NCBI RefSeq assembly: GCF_009914755.1
Contig: NC_060934.1
Length of the DNA: 64,000 nucleotides
Source of the DNA: the human T2T-CHM13v2.0 reference genome, Homo sapiens
Direction: 5' to 3' (one strand)
Part shown: piece after piece, positions 41,722 through 57,280 of the stretch
How positions within the stretch are numbered: position 1 is the first letter of the stretch
Layout of the letters: each line of letters opens with the position of its first letter
Made by a program: the position numbers and the translations under genes
Notes under the pieces: model-generated
The model's database searches: none
Told to the model about the DNA's origin: nothing
The model's input: only the letters and a program-made list of their open reading frames with translations

Positions 41722-44329
41722 AGACTGACGCTGCCTGATTGCCTCGGAAGCCTCCTGGACCATCACAGACGCTTTGGGTAACTCTTACAGTGGAGGGTAA
41801 GTCCTCCCCTTCTTAATCAATATGGAGGCTACCAACTCCACATTACCTTCTTTTCAAGGGCCTGTTTCCTTTGCCTCCATAACTGTTGTGTATTTTGATG
41901 GCCGGGCTTCTAAACCTCTTAAAACTCCCCAACTCTGGTGCCAACTTGGACAATATTCTTTTACGTACTCCTTTTTAGTTATCCCCACCTGCCCAGTTCC
42001 CTTATTAGGCTGAGACATTTTAACTAAATTATCTGCTTCCCTGACTATTCCTGGACTATAGCGACACCTCATTGCCACCCTTTTTCCCAGTTCAAAGCCT
42101 CCTTCACAACCTCCCCTTGTATCTCCCCACCTTAGTCCACAAGTATGGGACACCTCTACACCCTCCTAGGTGACCGATCATGCACTCCCTTACCATCCCA
42201 TTAAAACCTAATCACCCTTACCCTGCTCAATATCCATCCCACAGCACCCTTTAAAATGATTAAAGCCTGTTATCACTGGCTTGCTACAGCATCGCCTTCT
42301 AAAGCCTATAAACTCTCCTTACAATTCCCCCATTTTACCTGTCCAAAAACCGGACAAGTCTTACAGGTTAATTCAGGATTTACGCCTTACCAACCAAATT
42401 GTCTTGCCTATCCACCCCGTGGTGCCAAACCCATATACTCTCCTATCCTCAATACCTCCCTCCACAACCCATTATTCTGTTCTAGATAAACCTAGCTGAC
42501 CCCATAAATCCTAAATCCTTTCCCCACTCCCTTTTCCATTCCTTAAAAAACAGCCCTAAAAGCTGCTCCCACACTAACTCTCCCTAACTCATCCCAACCC
42601 TTTTCATTACACACAGCTGAAGTACAGGGCTGTGTGGTCAGAATTCTTACACAAGAGCTGGGACCTCACCCTGTAGCCTTTCTGTCCAAACAACTTGACC
42701 TTACTGTTTTAGCCTAGCACTCATGTCTGTGTGCGGTGGCTGCCACTGCTTTAATACTTTTAGAGGCCCTCAAAATCACAAACTATGCTCAACTCACTCT
42801 CTACAGTTCTCATAACTTCCAAAATCTATTTTCTTCCTCACACCTGATGCATATACTTTCTGCTCCCCACCCACTTCAGCTATATGCACTCTTTGTTGAG
42901 TCTCCCACAATTACCATTGTTCCTGGCCCAGACTTCAATTCGGCCTCCCACATTATTCCAGATACCACATCTGACCCCCATGACTGTATCTCTCTGATCC
43001 ACCTGACATTCACTCCATTTCCCCATATTTCCTTCTTTCCTGTTTCTCACCCTGATCACACTTGGTTTATTGATGGCAGTTCCACCAGGCCTAATCGCCA
43101 CTCACCAGCAAAGGCAGGCTATGCTATAGTATCTTCCACATCTATCACTGAGAGGCTACTGCTCTGCCCCCCTCCACTACCTCTCAGCAAGCCGAGCTCA
43201 TTGCCTTAACTCGAGCCCTCACTCTTGCAAAGGGACTATGCGTCAATATTTATACTGACTCTAAATATGTCTTCCACATCCTGCACCACCATGCTGTTAT
43301 ATGGGGAGAAAGAGGTTTCCTCACTACACAAGGGTCCTCCATCATTAATGCCTCTTTAATAAAAACTCTTCTAAAGGCTGCTTTACTTCCAAAGGAAGCT
43401 GGAATCATTCACTGCAAAGGCCATCAAAAGGATAGATCCCATTGCTCAGGGCAATGCTTATGCTGATAAGGTAGCTAAAAAAGCAGCTAGCATTCCAACT
43501 TCTGTCTCTCAGAGCCAGTTTTTCTCCTCCTCATTGGCTACTCCCACCTCTCCCACTGAACCTTCCACCTATCAATCTCTTACACAAGGCAAATGGTTCG
43601 TGGACCAAGGAAAATATCTCCTTCCAGCCTCACAGGCCCATTCTATTCTGCCATCATTTCATAACCTCTTCCATGTAAGTTACAAGCCGCTAGCCCACCT
43701 CTTAAAACCCTTTCCTTTCCATTGTAAAAATCTATCCTCTAAAAATCACTTCTCAGTGTTCCATCTGCTATTCTACTACTCCTCAGGAATTTATCAGGCC
43801 CCTCCCTTCCCTACACATCAGGCTCGAGAATTTGCCCCTGCCCAGGACTGGCAAACTGACTTTACTCACATGTCCTGAGTCAGGAAACTAAAATACCTCT
43901 TGGTCTAGGTAGACACTTTCACTGGATGGGTACAGCCCTTTCCCACAGGGTCTAAGAAGGCCACCGTGGTCATTTCTTCCCTTCTGTCAGACAAAATTCC
44001 TCGATTTGGCCTTCCCACCTCTCAGACTGTCCTTTACTTGTCAAATCACCCAAGCAGTTTCTCAGGCTCTTGGTATTCAATGGAACCTTCATACCCTTAC
44101 CATCCTCAATCTTCAGAAAAGGTAAAATGGACTAATGGTCTTTAAAAAAACATACCTCACCAAGCTCAGCCTCCAATTTAAAAAGGACTGGACAATATTT
44201 TTACCACTTGCCCTTCTCAGAATTCGGGCCTGTCCTCAGGATGCTACTGGATACAGCCCATTTGAGCTCCTGTATGGATGCTCATTTTTATTAGGCCCCA
44301 GTCTCATTCCAGACACCAGCCCAACTTGA
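41722..44329 (+). pseudogene. pol: HERV-H pro-pol remnant (protease, partial RT, RNase H, integrase)
   Basis: PTCPVPLLG (PR); SPYNSPILPVQKPDKSYRLIQDLR and VPNPYTLL (RT N-terminus), cut at YSVLD|KP near 42487 with the RT core missing; WFIDGSS (RNase H); DWQTDFTHM and LPLALLRIR..GYSPFELLYG (IN). Confidence 0.9.
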
Positions 44330-44731
44330 ACTGCACCCCAAAAACTGGTCATCCCTACTGTCTTCTGTCTAGTCATACTCCCATTCACCATTCTCAACTA
44401 CTCGTAAATACCCTGCCTTTGTTTACACTGCCAGTTTACACTTTTCCTTCAAACCATCATAAAGGATATCTCCTGGTTTTACCTCAAACCACCACCCTTA
44501 AGTCTCTCTTAAAGTGGATAGATAATCTTTGCTGACAGGGTGCACTCCAATACTTTCACCCTGATAAAGTCCTGTTCTTTACTTTTATACTTACTCTTAT
44601 TCTCACTCCCGTTCTTATGCCACCCTCTACCTCTCCCCAGCTATCTCCATCACACTCAATCTCACTCACTCTCTCCTAGCTGTTTCTAATCCTCCTTTAA
44701 CAAACAATTGCTGGCTTTGCATTTCTCTTTC

Positions 44732-45065
44732 CTCCAAAATTGCCAAGGCCTCGACTTACTCACTGCTAAAAAAAGAGGATTCTGTATATTTTTAAATGAA
44801 AAGTGTTGTTTTTACATAAATCAATCTGGCCTGGTATATGACAATATAAAAAAACTAAAGGATAGAGTCTAAAAACTTGCCAACCAAGAAAGTAATTATG
44901 CTGAACCCCCTTAGGCACTCTCTAATTGGATGTCCTGGGTCCTCCCAAATTCTTTGTCTTTTAATACCTGTTTTTCTCCTTCTCTTATTTGGACCTTGTG
45001 TCTTCTGTTTAGTTTCTCAGTTCAACCCAAACCATATCCAGGCCATCAACAATCATTCTGTATGA
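44732..45065 (+). pseudogene. env: HERV-H env remnant (TM: immunosuppressive domain, CX6CC, membrane anchor)
   Basis: 44732-44872 translates [46 protein letters not shown]; downstream LLIPVFLLLLFGPCVF; SU is essentially absent. Confidence 0.88.
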
Positions 45066-45289
45066 CAAATGCTCCTTCTAACAACCCACAGTATCACCCC
45101 TTACCACAAAAATCTTCCTTCAGCTTAATCTCTCCCACTCTAGGTTCCCACGCCACCCCTAATCCCACTCGAAGCACCTCTGAGAAACATCGCCCATTAT
45201 CTCTCCATACCACCGCCAAAAATTTTCACTTTCCGAACACTTCAACACTATTTTGTTTTATTTTTCTTATTAATGTAAAAAGACAGGAA

Positions 45290-45656
45290 TGTCAGGCCTC
45301 TGAGCCCAAGCCTGCACGTATACCTCCAAATGGCCTGAAACAAGTGAAAAATCACAAAAGAAGTGAAAATGGCTGGTTCCTGCCTTAACGATGACATTAT
45401 TTAGTGAAATTCCTTCTCCTGGATCAGAAGCTCCCCTACTTAGCACCTTGTGAACCCCGCCCCTGCCTGCCAGAGAACAACCCCCTTTGACTGTAATTTT
45501 CCATTACCTACCCAAATCCTATAAAATGGCCCCACCCCTAGCTCCCTTCACTGACTCCTTCTTCGGACTCAGCCCACCTGCACCCAGGTGAAATAAACAG
45601 CTTTATTGCTCACACAAAGCCCATGTGGTGGTCTCTTCACACGGACGTGCGTGACA
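45290..45656 (+). promoter_or_regulatory. 3' LTR (LTR7 family, 367 bp) with poly(A) signal
   Basis: Direct repeat of the 5' LTR; TATAAAA 45520-45526; AATAAA 45592-45597. Confidence 0.92.
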
Positions 45657-45704
45657 TGTATTACATTTCAAAGTATATGTGTTTATAAATTGTATAAAAA
45701 TGGT

Positions 45705-45960
45705 GCTTCCCTTGATTTGGATTCTGCCAAGAGTAGAACCTGAGATAACGACTTAATTTGGGATAGTTTCTTTGGAAAATAATTCCAAAAGGAAGCAGTG
45801 ACAGTGGGGAGACTGAGACAGGAAAGGAAGAAAATTCAATAAAGACCTGTTATGAAGGTGCTGGTGTTGGCAAAGAGCACTGAAGTTGGCAAGGATCTCT
45901 GAAAAGAGTAGCAAAAAAAAAAAAAAGCATAGTTTAATGGAATGCAATGCAGCTGTCCTA
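45705..45960 (-). mobile_element. ERVL-class LTR fragment (LTR16-like)
   Basis: GAACCTGAGATAA.GACT...TAGTTT.TTTGG...GAAGCAGTG...GAGACAGGAAAGGAAG...CAATAAAG resembles the antisense LTR16 3' end; similar to 56835-57000. Confidence 0.55.
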
Positions 45961-46025
45961 CCAGAATAAGTTCTGAGAGTATTACCACCTGAGAAAATAA
46001 AAATGTCCTAGGGCAGTCCAAGTTA

Positions 46026-46555
46026 TGTAAAGTATGCAGGCCCAGAGAGACAAGAGTATAGCAGTTTCATCATGCCCTCTCCTTTATGGTTGGGGACAAT
46101 TGTTTAAAGTCTTCTTGGTTCTGACTAGCTGCCTCAGTGATTATTTTCATGTTCCTGGAATGTGTGATACAAATAACAATCTATAACCAATCAATATCTT
46201 AATGTAAATTCTTAGGAAACTACTCAGGAACTCTCCCTACTTTTTCTTTAAAAATTGACTTGTAGTCAGGTAGGGTGGCTCATGCCTACAGTCCCAGCAC
46301 TTTGGGAGGCTGTAGTAGGAAGATCAATAACTTGAGGCCAGAGTTCGAGACCAGCCTGGATAACATAGGGAGACCTCACTGCTACAATAAAATAAAATAA
46401 AATCCATTTGTAACTGCTGGTAATCAGAGAATCTTTTCAGGGTTGAAAAGACTATACCGAGAATCTATACTCATGGGTTGCAATCCTCATACTTGGCCTA
46501 AATAAACTCTCTACTTGTATTAATTTTTCCTCAGCTTCTTCCTTTTGGCTCGACA
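46026..46555 (+). mobile_element. ERV1 (MER4-group) solo LTR containing a FLAM
   Basis: TG...CA ends (TGTAAAG...CTCGACA), AATAAACTCTCTACTT near the 3' end; family not resolved. Confidence 0.6.
46265..46398 (+). mobile_element. FLAM_C-like monomeric Alu
   Basis: Left-arm-only Alu with (AAAAT)n tail; degenerate TSD AAAATTGACTTGTA / AAAATCCATTTGTA. Confidence 0.8.
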
Positions 46556-46823
46556 TCCTGTTGTAGATTTCCCTCACCTTCAGGGAGAAATTCAGTCACT
46601 AGGTTGCCTACATGTTGTGGTGATCTAATCCTTTATCCTTGAGGGATAATTCCTTTATTTTCTCATACTCATCAGACTATTTGCCTCAATTTTCTTCACA
46701 GTGTTAACACCAGACATAAAGCCCAAATATACATTCTAGTAAATTCCCATAGTTCTGCATATAGTCTTTCTCAGCTCCATGATATGGTAGCAACCCCAGC
46801 TTCTCATGCAGTGTTAATAATCC

Positions 46824-47198
46824 CGTCTTAGTTCAGGCTGCTATCCCTGAACAAATACCATTGACTGGGTGGCTTAAACAACAAATATTTATTTTTTACA
46901 GTTCTGGAGGCTGAGAAGTCCATGATCCCAAAGTACCAACCAATTTGTTTCCTGGTGAAGGCCCTCTCACTGGTTTTTAGATGACCGGCTGCTTGCTGTA
47001 TTCTCACGTGGCAGAGAGAGAAAGAAAGAGAGGGAAAGAGATAGATTGTCTTTCTTGTTGTCTTTTTATAAGGGCACTACTCCCACCATGAGGGCTCCAC
47101 TCTTATGAACTACTTACCTCTCAAAGGCCTCAGCTCCAAATTGCACAAGGGACTGTGGCTTCAACATATGAATTTTGGCAAACATTCAGTGCATAGCA
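46824..47198 (-). mobile_element. MaLR LTR (MLT1A-like)
   Basis: CAGGCTGCTAT...ACAAATACCAT.GACTGGGTGGCTTAAACAACA...ACAGTTCTGGAGGCTG...TTCAACATATGAATTTTGG...ACATTCAGT.CATAGCA. Confidence 0.85.
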
Positions 47199-47579
47199 AA
47201 CCTAAACTTTTCGTTGCCTGTTGTCCAGCCCACCTGCATGTGGTGCCCAAAGTGACCAAGTGGAATTGTAACTTACAGTTCAATCGAATTCTCATTGTGA
47301 CTCTTGGTGGAAATATTCCTTGCTGGAAAACAGTGCTTTTAATCCAGCAAAGCTTAACATTCTGAGGCCAGAAAGTATAAATTTTGTAATTGGCTGCTTG
47401 GAGTAATAAAGAGGCCAATCATACATCTCACTTTTGGTGTCCAGTCTGATGTATTCGATGTCTTGTGATTGCTTTAGTGCATAGCATAGCATCCTTCAGA
47501 AGAACTGCCCACCCTCTTAGTGTGTCTTTCTCAAGCTGGTGCCTTAGGTGAGCCTTTAATAATGTATTAAAATTTATCG
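47199..47579 (-). mobile_element. ERVL-class internal (integrase C-terminal) remnant
   Basis: Minus strand reads NTLLKAHLRHQLEKDTLRGWAVLLKDA, similar to ERV-L integrase NGLLKSQLQRQLGDNTLQGWGKVLQKA; interrupted by the L1. Confidence 0.65.
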
Positions 47580-47850
47580 GGGTCTGGCAGCCAAGATGGC
47601 CGAATAGGAACAGCTCTGGTCTACAGCTCCCAGCGTGAGCAACACAGAAGACGGGTGATTTCTGCATTTCCATCCGAGGTACTGGGTTCATCTCACTAGG
47701 GAGTGCCAGACAGTGGGCACAGGACAGTGGGTGCAGCGCACCGTGTGCGAGCCGAAGCAGGGCGAGGCATTGCCTCACTCGGGAAGTGCAAGGGGTCAGG
47801 GAGTTCCCTTTCCTAGTCAAAGAAAGGGGTGACAGATGGCACCTGGAAAA

Positions 47851-48033
47851 TCAGCTCACTCCCACCATAATACTGCACTTTTCCGACCGGCTTAAAAAAC
47901 AGCACACCAGGAGATTATATTCCGCACCTGGCTCGAAGGGTCCTACGCCCAAGGAGTCTCGCTGATTACTAGCACAGCAGTCTGAGATCAAACTGCAAGG
48001 TGGCAGCGAGGCTGGGGGAGGGGCGCCTGCCAT
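47851..48033 (-). CDS. L1 ORF0 (antisense), truncated to 60 aa by a premature stop
   Basis: MAGAPPPASLPPCSLISDCCASNQRDS...MVGVS* lies within ORF 47851..48240; canonical ORF0 is 71 aa. Expression unknown. Confidence 0.7.
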   Translation of the reverse strand: MAGAPPPASLPPCSLISDCCASNQRDSLGVGPFEPGAEYNLLVCCFLSRSEKCSIMVGVS

Positions 48034-48620
48034 TCCCCAGGCTTGCTTAGGTAAACAAAGCAGCTGGGAAGCTCGAACTGGGTGGAGCCCACCACAGCTC
48101 AAGGAGGCCTGCCTGCCTGCCTCTGTAGGCTCCACCTCTGGGGGCAGGGCACAGACAAACAAAAAGACAGCAGTAACCTCTGCAGACTTAAATGTCCCTG
48201 TCTGACAGCTTTGAAGAGAGCGGTGGTTCTCCCAGCACACAGGTGGAGATCTGAGAATGGGCAGACTGCCTCTTCAAGTGGGTCGCTGACCTGTGACCCC
48301 CGAGCAGCCTAACTAGGAGGCACCCCCTAGTAGGGGCAGACTGACACCTCACATGGCCGGGTACTCCTCTGAGACAAAACTTCCAGAGGAACGATCAGAC
48401 AGCAGCATTCGCGGTTCACGAAAATCCGCTGTTCTGCAGCCACTGCTGCTGGTACCCAGGCAAACAGGGTCTGGAGTGGACCTCTAGCAAACTCCAACAG
48501 ACCTGCAGCTGAGGGTCCTGTCTGTTAGAAGGAAAACTAACAAACAGAAAGGACATCCTCACCAAAAACCCATCTGTACATCACCATCATCAAAGGCCGA
48601 AAGTAGATAAAACCACAAAG

Positions 48621-49637
48621 ATGGGAAAAAAACAGAGCAGAAAAACTGGAAACTCTAAAAAGCAGAGCGCCTCTCCTCCTCCAAAGGAACGCAGTTCCTC
48701 ACCGGCAACGGAACACAGCTGGATGGAGAATGGCTTTGACGAGTTGAGAGAAGAAGGCTTCAGACGATCAAACTACTCCGAGCTACAGGAGGAAATTCAA
48801 ACCAAAGGCAAAGAAGTTAAAAACATTGAAAAAAATTTAGATGAATGTATAACTAGAATACCCAATACAGAGAAGTGCTTAAAGAAGCTGATGGAGCTGA
48901 AAACCAAGGCTCGAGAACTACGTGAAGAATGCATAAGCCTCAGGAGCCGATGCGACCAACTGGAAGAAAGCGTATCAGTGATGGAAGATGAAATGCATGA
49001 AATGAAGCGAGAAGGGAAGTTTAGAGAAAAAAGAATAAAAAGAAATGAACAAAGCCTCCAAGAAATATGGGACTATGTGAAAAGACCAAATCTACGTCTG
49101 ATTGGTGTACCTGAAGGTGATGGGGAGAATGGAACCAAGTTGCAAAACACTCTGCAGGATATTATCCAGGAGAACTTCCCCAATCTAGCAAGGCAGGCCA
49201 ACATTCAGATTCAGGAAATACAGAGAACGCCACAAAGATACTCCTCGAGAAGACCAACTCCAAGACACATAATTGTCAGATTCACCAAAGTTGAAATGAA
49301 GGAAAAAATGTTAAGGGCAGCCAGAGAGAAAGGTCAGGTTACCCTCAAAGGGAAGCCCATCAGACTAACAGCGGATCTCTCGGCAGAAACCCTACAAGCC
49401 AGAAGAGAGTGGGGGCCAATATTCAACATTCTTAAAGAAAAGAATTTTCAACCCAGAATTTCATATCCAGCCAAACTAAGCTTCATAAGTGAAGGAGAAA
49501 TAAAATACTTTACAGACAAGCAAATGCTGAGAGATTCTGTCACCAGCAGGCCTGCCCTAAAAGAGCTCCTGAAGGAAGCACTAAACATGGAAAGGAACAA
49601 CCGGTACCAGCCACTGCAAAATCATGCCAAATGGTAA
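48621..49637 (+). CDS. L1 ORF1p (RNA-binding, 338 aa), intact reading frame
   Basis: Full 338 aa from MGKKQ; conserved REKG, ARR and YPAKLS motifs retained. Confidence 0.93.
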   Translation: MGKKQSRKTGNSKKQSASPPPKERSSSPATEHSWMENGFDELREEGFRRSNYSELQEEIQTKGKEVKNIEKNLDECITRIPNTEKCLKKLMELKTKARELREECISLRSRCDQLEESVSVMEDEMHEMKREGKFREKRIKRNEQSLQEIWDYVKRPNLRLIGVPEGDGENGTKLQNTLQDIIQENFPNLARQANIQIQEIQRTPQRYSSRRPTPRHIIVRFTKVEMKEKMLRAAREKGQVTLKGKPIRLTADLSAETLQARREWGPIFNILKEKNFQPRISYPAKLSFISEGEIKYFTDKQMLRDSVTSRPALKELLKEALNMERNNRYQPLQNHAKW

Positions 49638-49685
49638 AGACAATCGAGGCTAGGAAGAAATTGCATCAGCTAACGAGCAAAATAA

Positions 49686-53529
<3,844 letters not shown>

Positions 53530-53787
53530 ACAATGAGAACACATGGACACAGGAAGGGGAACATCACACTCTGGGGACTCTTGTGGGGTGGGGGGAAGGG
53601 GGAGGGATAGCATTAGGAGATATACCTAATGCTAAATGACGAGTTAATGGGTGCAGCACACCAGCATGGCACACGTATACATATGTAACTAACCTGCACA
53701 TTGTGCACATGTACCCTAAAACTTAAAGTATAATAACAATAAAATAAAAAATAAAAACAATAAAATAAAATAAAATAAAATTTATCG

Positions 53788-54480
53788 AGACATCTGCTTT
53801 GAGGTGATAAAGTATATGGCAGGAAGAGTTAATACTCTGGTCATGAGTCCATCGTCATATTTCACTTGCTTTAAAGTGGGTCTCTTGTTCCAAAGCAATA
53901 TTATATAGGATCCATGCCACTAAATCATGATAATCTTAATAACTTGTAAGCCCTCAGATAGTAAAGCTAGCAGAGTATAGTAGAGACGCATGCTAAACCC
54001 ATATTGGAAATAGTTGTCATTTTTAGTAAGGAAGAATCACTGCTTCTTCAGGGTTGAAAGATTCCAACTGGATCAATGTGCCACCAAGTGGCTGTTTGAT
54101 CTTCTTTAGGGATAGTCCCATATTGAGCACTGAGATTCTGTCACTGCTGCTGACTGGCTATCAGCAGTGGCTAGATCAGCTTTCACTAGAGAGCCCATAC
54201 AGAGCTTTTATCTCAGCCACCAGGACTGTTCCTTTTATAGCCCCATTGTACCAGGCCTGGAGTGGCCTACCACAGAAGCTGGCTGATAGCCACTGGATGA
54301 GTCATTTATCCACCGGCTTCTTTAATCCCTCATACACAGTTGAAGATCTCTGTTGGGTACTGAGGTAAGACTCAAAGATCTGCACACTTTTGGCCATTCC
54401 TTTAGATCCACTGACATGCCTCTTCTCTAGATCTCCTTTTATTCTGTCTTCTGGAATTGCTTATTTCAGCCTTCTAACCC
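53788..54480 (-). mobile_element. Probable ERVL-class internal remnant continuing beyond the L1
   Basis: Continues from the L1 target site; resembles HERV16/ERVL internal sequence as remembered (GGATCAATGTGCCACCAAGTGGC, GGCTGATAGCCACTGGATGAGTCAT). Weak. Confidence 0.45.
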
Positions 54481-56579
54481 AACCAGGAAGTGTCAAATAG
54501 GAAGCTTCTACAAATAGACAAAATGAATAGGGCTCACTTAAAAATAAGTAAAAAGAGCATGTTATAGGAGGAAGGAAAGATCCTATATCTGAAAAAATCA
54601 AGATTGCTTTATGAAATAAGTTGATTTGCAGTTTGAAGGATAAAACAACAAAACTACTGTTTTACGAGCATACAGACATTTGAGACTAGTACTCTAGATG
54701 AAGAGAACACACAAGCAAAGAGGGCAGTATCAGGGTGGGTGGTCAGTGAATACTAAGTAGTTCTATCTGGGCTGGATCCAAGATGAGACAATTCTTTTTC
54801 AGAATGAGCGGTGTAGGAAATAAATGCTGTCATAATTTGAAGAAAAAATTATTTCATAAATTCTCTTAGGTCCTAATGGAGTCACCTCATGATCCACAGT
54901 GGTAGTATCATCCATTAAGAAAAAAGTGCCCAACCATGAGTTTCTAAAGCCACATGGCACTGATGCCAAACTCAGATGTCTGTGTGCCACAGCCATTAGG
55001 GAGTGTCCACATTTTGAGTTACATAATCTTAAGGAAAGAAAGAATAAACTGTGGTTAATGTCAAGGTCTTGCCAAGGAGAACACAGAAATAATAAGAATA
55101 AAAAATGCTGCAAGGTACAACCATGATTTTCTCTAATTATTCACTCTTGAAACTTGAGATTTTTCTCAAAGCAAAACAGAACTGCTCTTTTTAATTTATT
55201 TTTTTTCCCACGAGCTGGGCCAAGGTTTCAATTTTAAAGTGCAGGTAGACTTTCAAGTTATAGCATGGCAGGTCTCCCTGTTACCAACAACAAAACTTCT
55301 TTCATCAGTTCAAATGCATATGTTTTCAAAGGGAATAAAGGAACTGATCATCTATAGAAACCAGCCATACCCGTGAGCTCACGCCAGCTATAGTCAGTCT
55401 GTAAACATGCCTGGAGGAAAATGCTGTCTCTTAAAGGGCAAACACCCTGTCCTTTTTTTGATACTTGATATGTTGCAGGCACCAGCTCCAAGTTGTGGAT
55501 GAGAACCAGGGTCACAAACCTTTATTATCTTTACATTTTTCTTTTAAAATATATTATTAATACTATCATTATTTGAGGTGACTGGAGGAAGGGAAGGAGA
55601 TAGCACACAGAAGGAACAAACAGACTTTTCCCTTCTAATTAGAGCTGGTGCTGCTATTGTCAGACTCATTTCTGGATTTGGGCCAGTGAACAAACTTTTC
55701 TCTCAATACTCTGCATGTACCACATGGCACTGGCCTCTATCCCAGAACCAAGCACAGGTTCATCATGAAGCCAACTGGGTCCTGGCCCAATGGATAACAA
55801 AGTCTCCTCATTAAAATTGTTCCATTAGGTACATTTCTATCTAATAAAGTGAGCATAGTGCACATTCAGAAGCATAGTCTGGTACACTGCATTATCGGGG
55901 TCGGTTTAAGCACTCCTACTCCACTGTCCATCTCTTCCTTGTTATCCTGTATTAATGTTGTCCTTTGGGACAATATGAAAGACTCCTCTGAAAACTGCCT
56001 TTTGATATTTCCAGGGATAAACAATGAAAATGTTCTGATGAAATGGAATGGTTGCATTAGTGTATCAATCAGCCTACAGGTGACCATGTTGTTCATCCTC
56101 TTGCAGCCTCTCGGCTTATTGGACTGAAGGCGGACCATGGTATGAATGGAGGCTACAAGCAGCAGTTGACAAGTGTTTCAATACAGATTAGCCTAATTTT
56201 AAAGGAATACAACACACAAAATATGTAAGTTGATTAATCCAGGCATCAGTGTTTGCTAAATTTAATTTAAAGCAGGATCCTTTAGTGTTAGTTTTATAAG
56301 AACTCTATAGTATTTCACTTAAATAACAAGGAAAATTACATTTATACTCAATTATTCTTGTAGATAAACACATGTTTATGTCAAGTAGAAATCCATCCAC
56401 ACATTCATGGAAGATAAAAGCAAACTCTATTTAACACACAACAGTTTTTACTGATTTTATTCTGACTTTTGTTTGTATGTCTAGCTTTCCTCTAGATTAT
56501 AAGCAATTCGAGGATATGATTTTTATCTTAACTAATTTATTGTTTTATCCCAGCACTTAGCTCAATGTTTGGCCAAAAC

Positions 56580-56815
56580 AATAATAGTAATAATAGTAAT
56601 TCATTTTAGCTTAATACTTGTTTGATATTTGCTATGTGCCAGGTAATATTTTAAGTGTGTTTTGCATACATTATTCCATGTGATAATCACAAAAGATGAG
56701 TAAACTGAGGCAAAATGACGAAAAGATAAGTTTGTTTCCCAAAATCATACAGCTAGTCTGATGGAGACAAAGTTGAAACCCTGGTATTTTGACTGGAGAA
56801 TCCATGTTCTTGCCA
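56580..56815 (-). mobile_element. MIR SINE
   Basis: TGCTATGTGCCAGG...AGATGAGTAAACTGAGGC...CCCAAAATCATACAGCTAG...TGACTGGAGAATCCATGTTCTT. Confidence 0.75.
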
Positions 56816-56834
56816 CCTTAGTTATAATAAATTT

Positions 56835-57280
56835 TGCCTTTGATTGGGTTCCCATGGAAGGAGGGCTTGAGGAAAATATTTAAGTGTAGTTTATTTGGGA
56901 AGTGATCTAAGAAGCATCGATAAGAGAATTGAAGAACGAGAGAGAGAAGGGAAGGACACCAATGACAGGATGCATTAATGAGCAGGTTACTGCTGGGCTG
57001 GGGCTCACCCTGCTGGGGCCCATTGGGAGATGGGATAGGATCAGAATCACACCACCCGATTAGCAAGGAAGCTGACCCACCAGTTCCTACCTCTTTAGGG
57101 TTGTTCCTGGGGTGTCCACCCTCATACGTGTCTAGCCTAAATGGCTAGCACAATGGGAACTGAGCACAATCTCATGGAAGGCTTTAGCAAAGGAAGGTTT
57201 TAGCAAAGAGTCATGCCACCAGCTGCTGGTGGAAGAGTCAATGCCAAGGAGTCCTATGTGGGATAAAGATGGCAATGGCA
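56835..57280 (-). mobile_element. ERVL-class LTR (LTR16-like)
   Basis: GGGTTCCC..GGAAG...GTAGTTTATTTGGGAAGTGATC...GAAGGGAAGG...CCAAT..CAGG.TGCATTAATGAGCAGGTTACTGCTG. Confidence 0.65.

Larger units (their letters stand above)
39508..45656 (+). mobile_element. HERV-H provirus, two LTRs, internally deleted non-autonomous type (~6.15 kb)
   Basis: LTR7-family LTRs (TGTCAGGCC...GTGACA) at both ends, exact 5-bp TSD TGTAT (39503-39507, 45657-45661), His PBS, decayed gag, pro, pol and env, purine tract AAAAAGACAGGAA before the 3' LTR. Confidence 0.96.

Noticed and set aside
56835-57280. LTR16-like copy as the 5' LTR of the ERVL remnant at 45.7-54.5 kb
   Set aside because: The intervening 2.3 kb looks unique and contains MIR sequence, and no PBS was seen; more likely an independent solo LTR.
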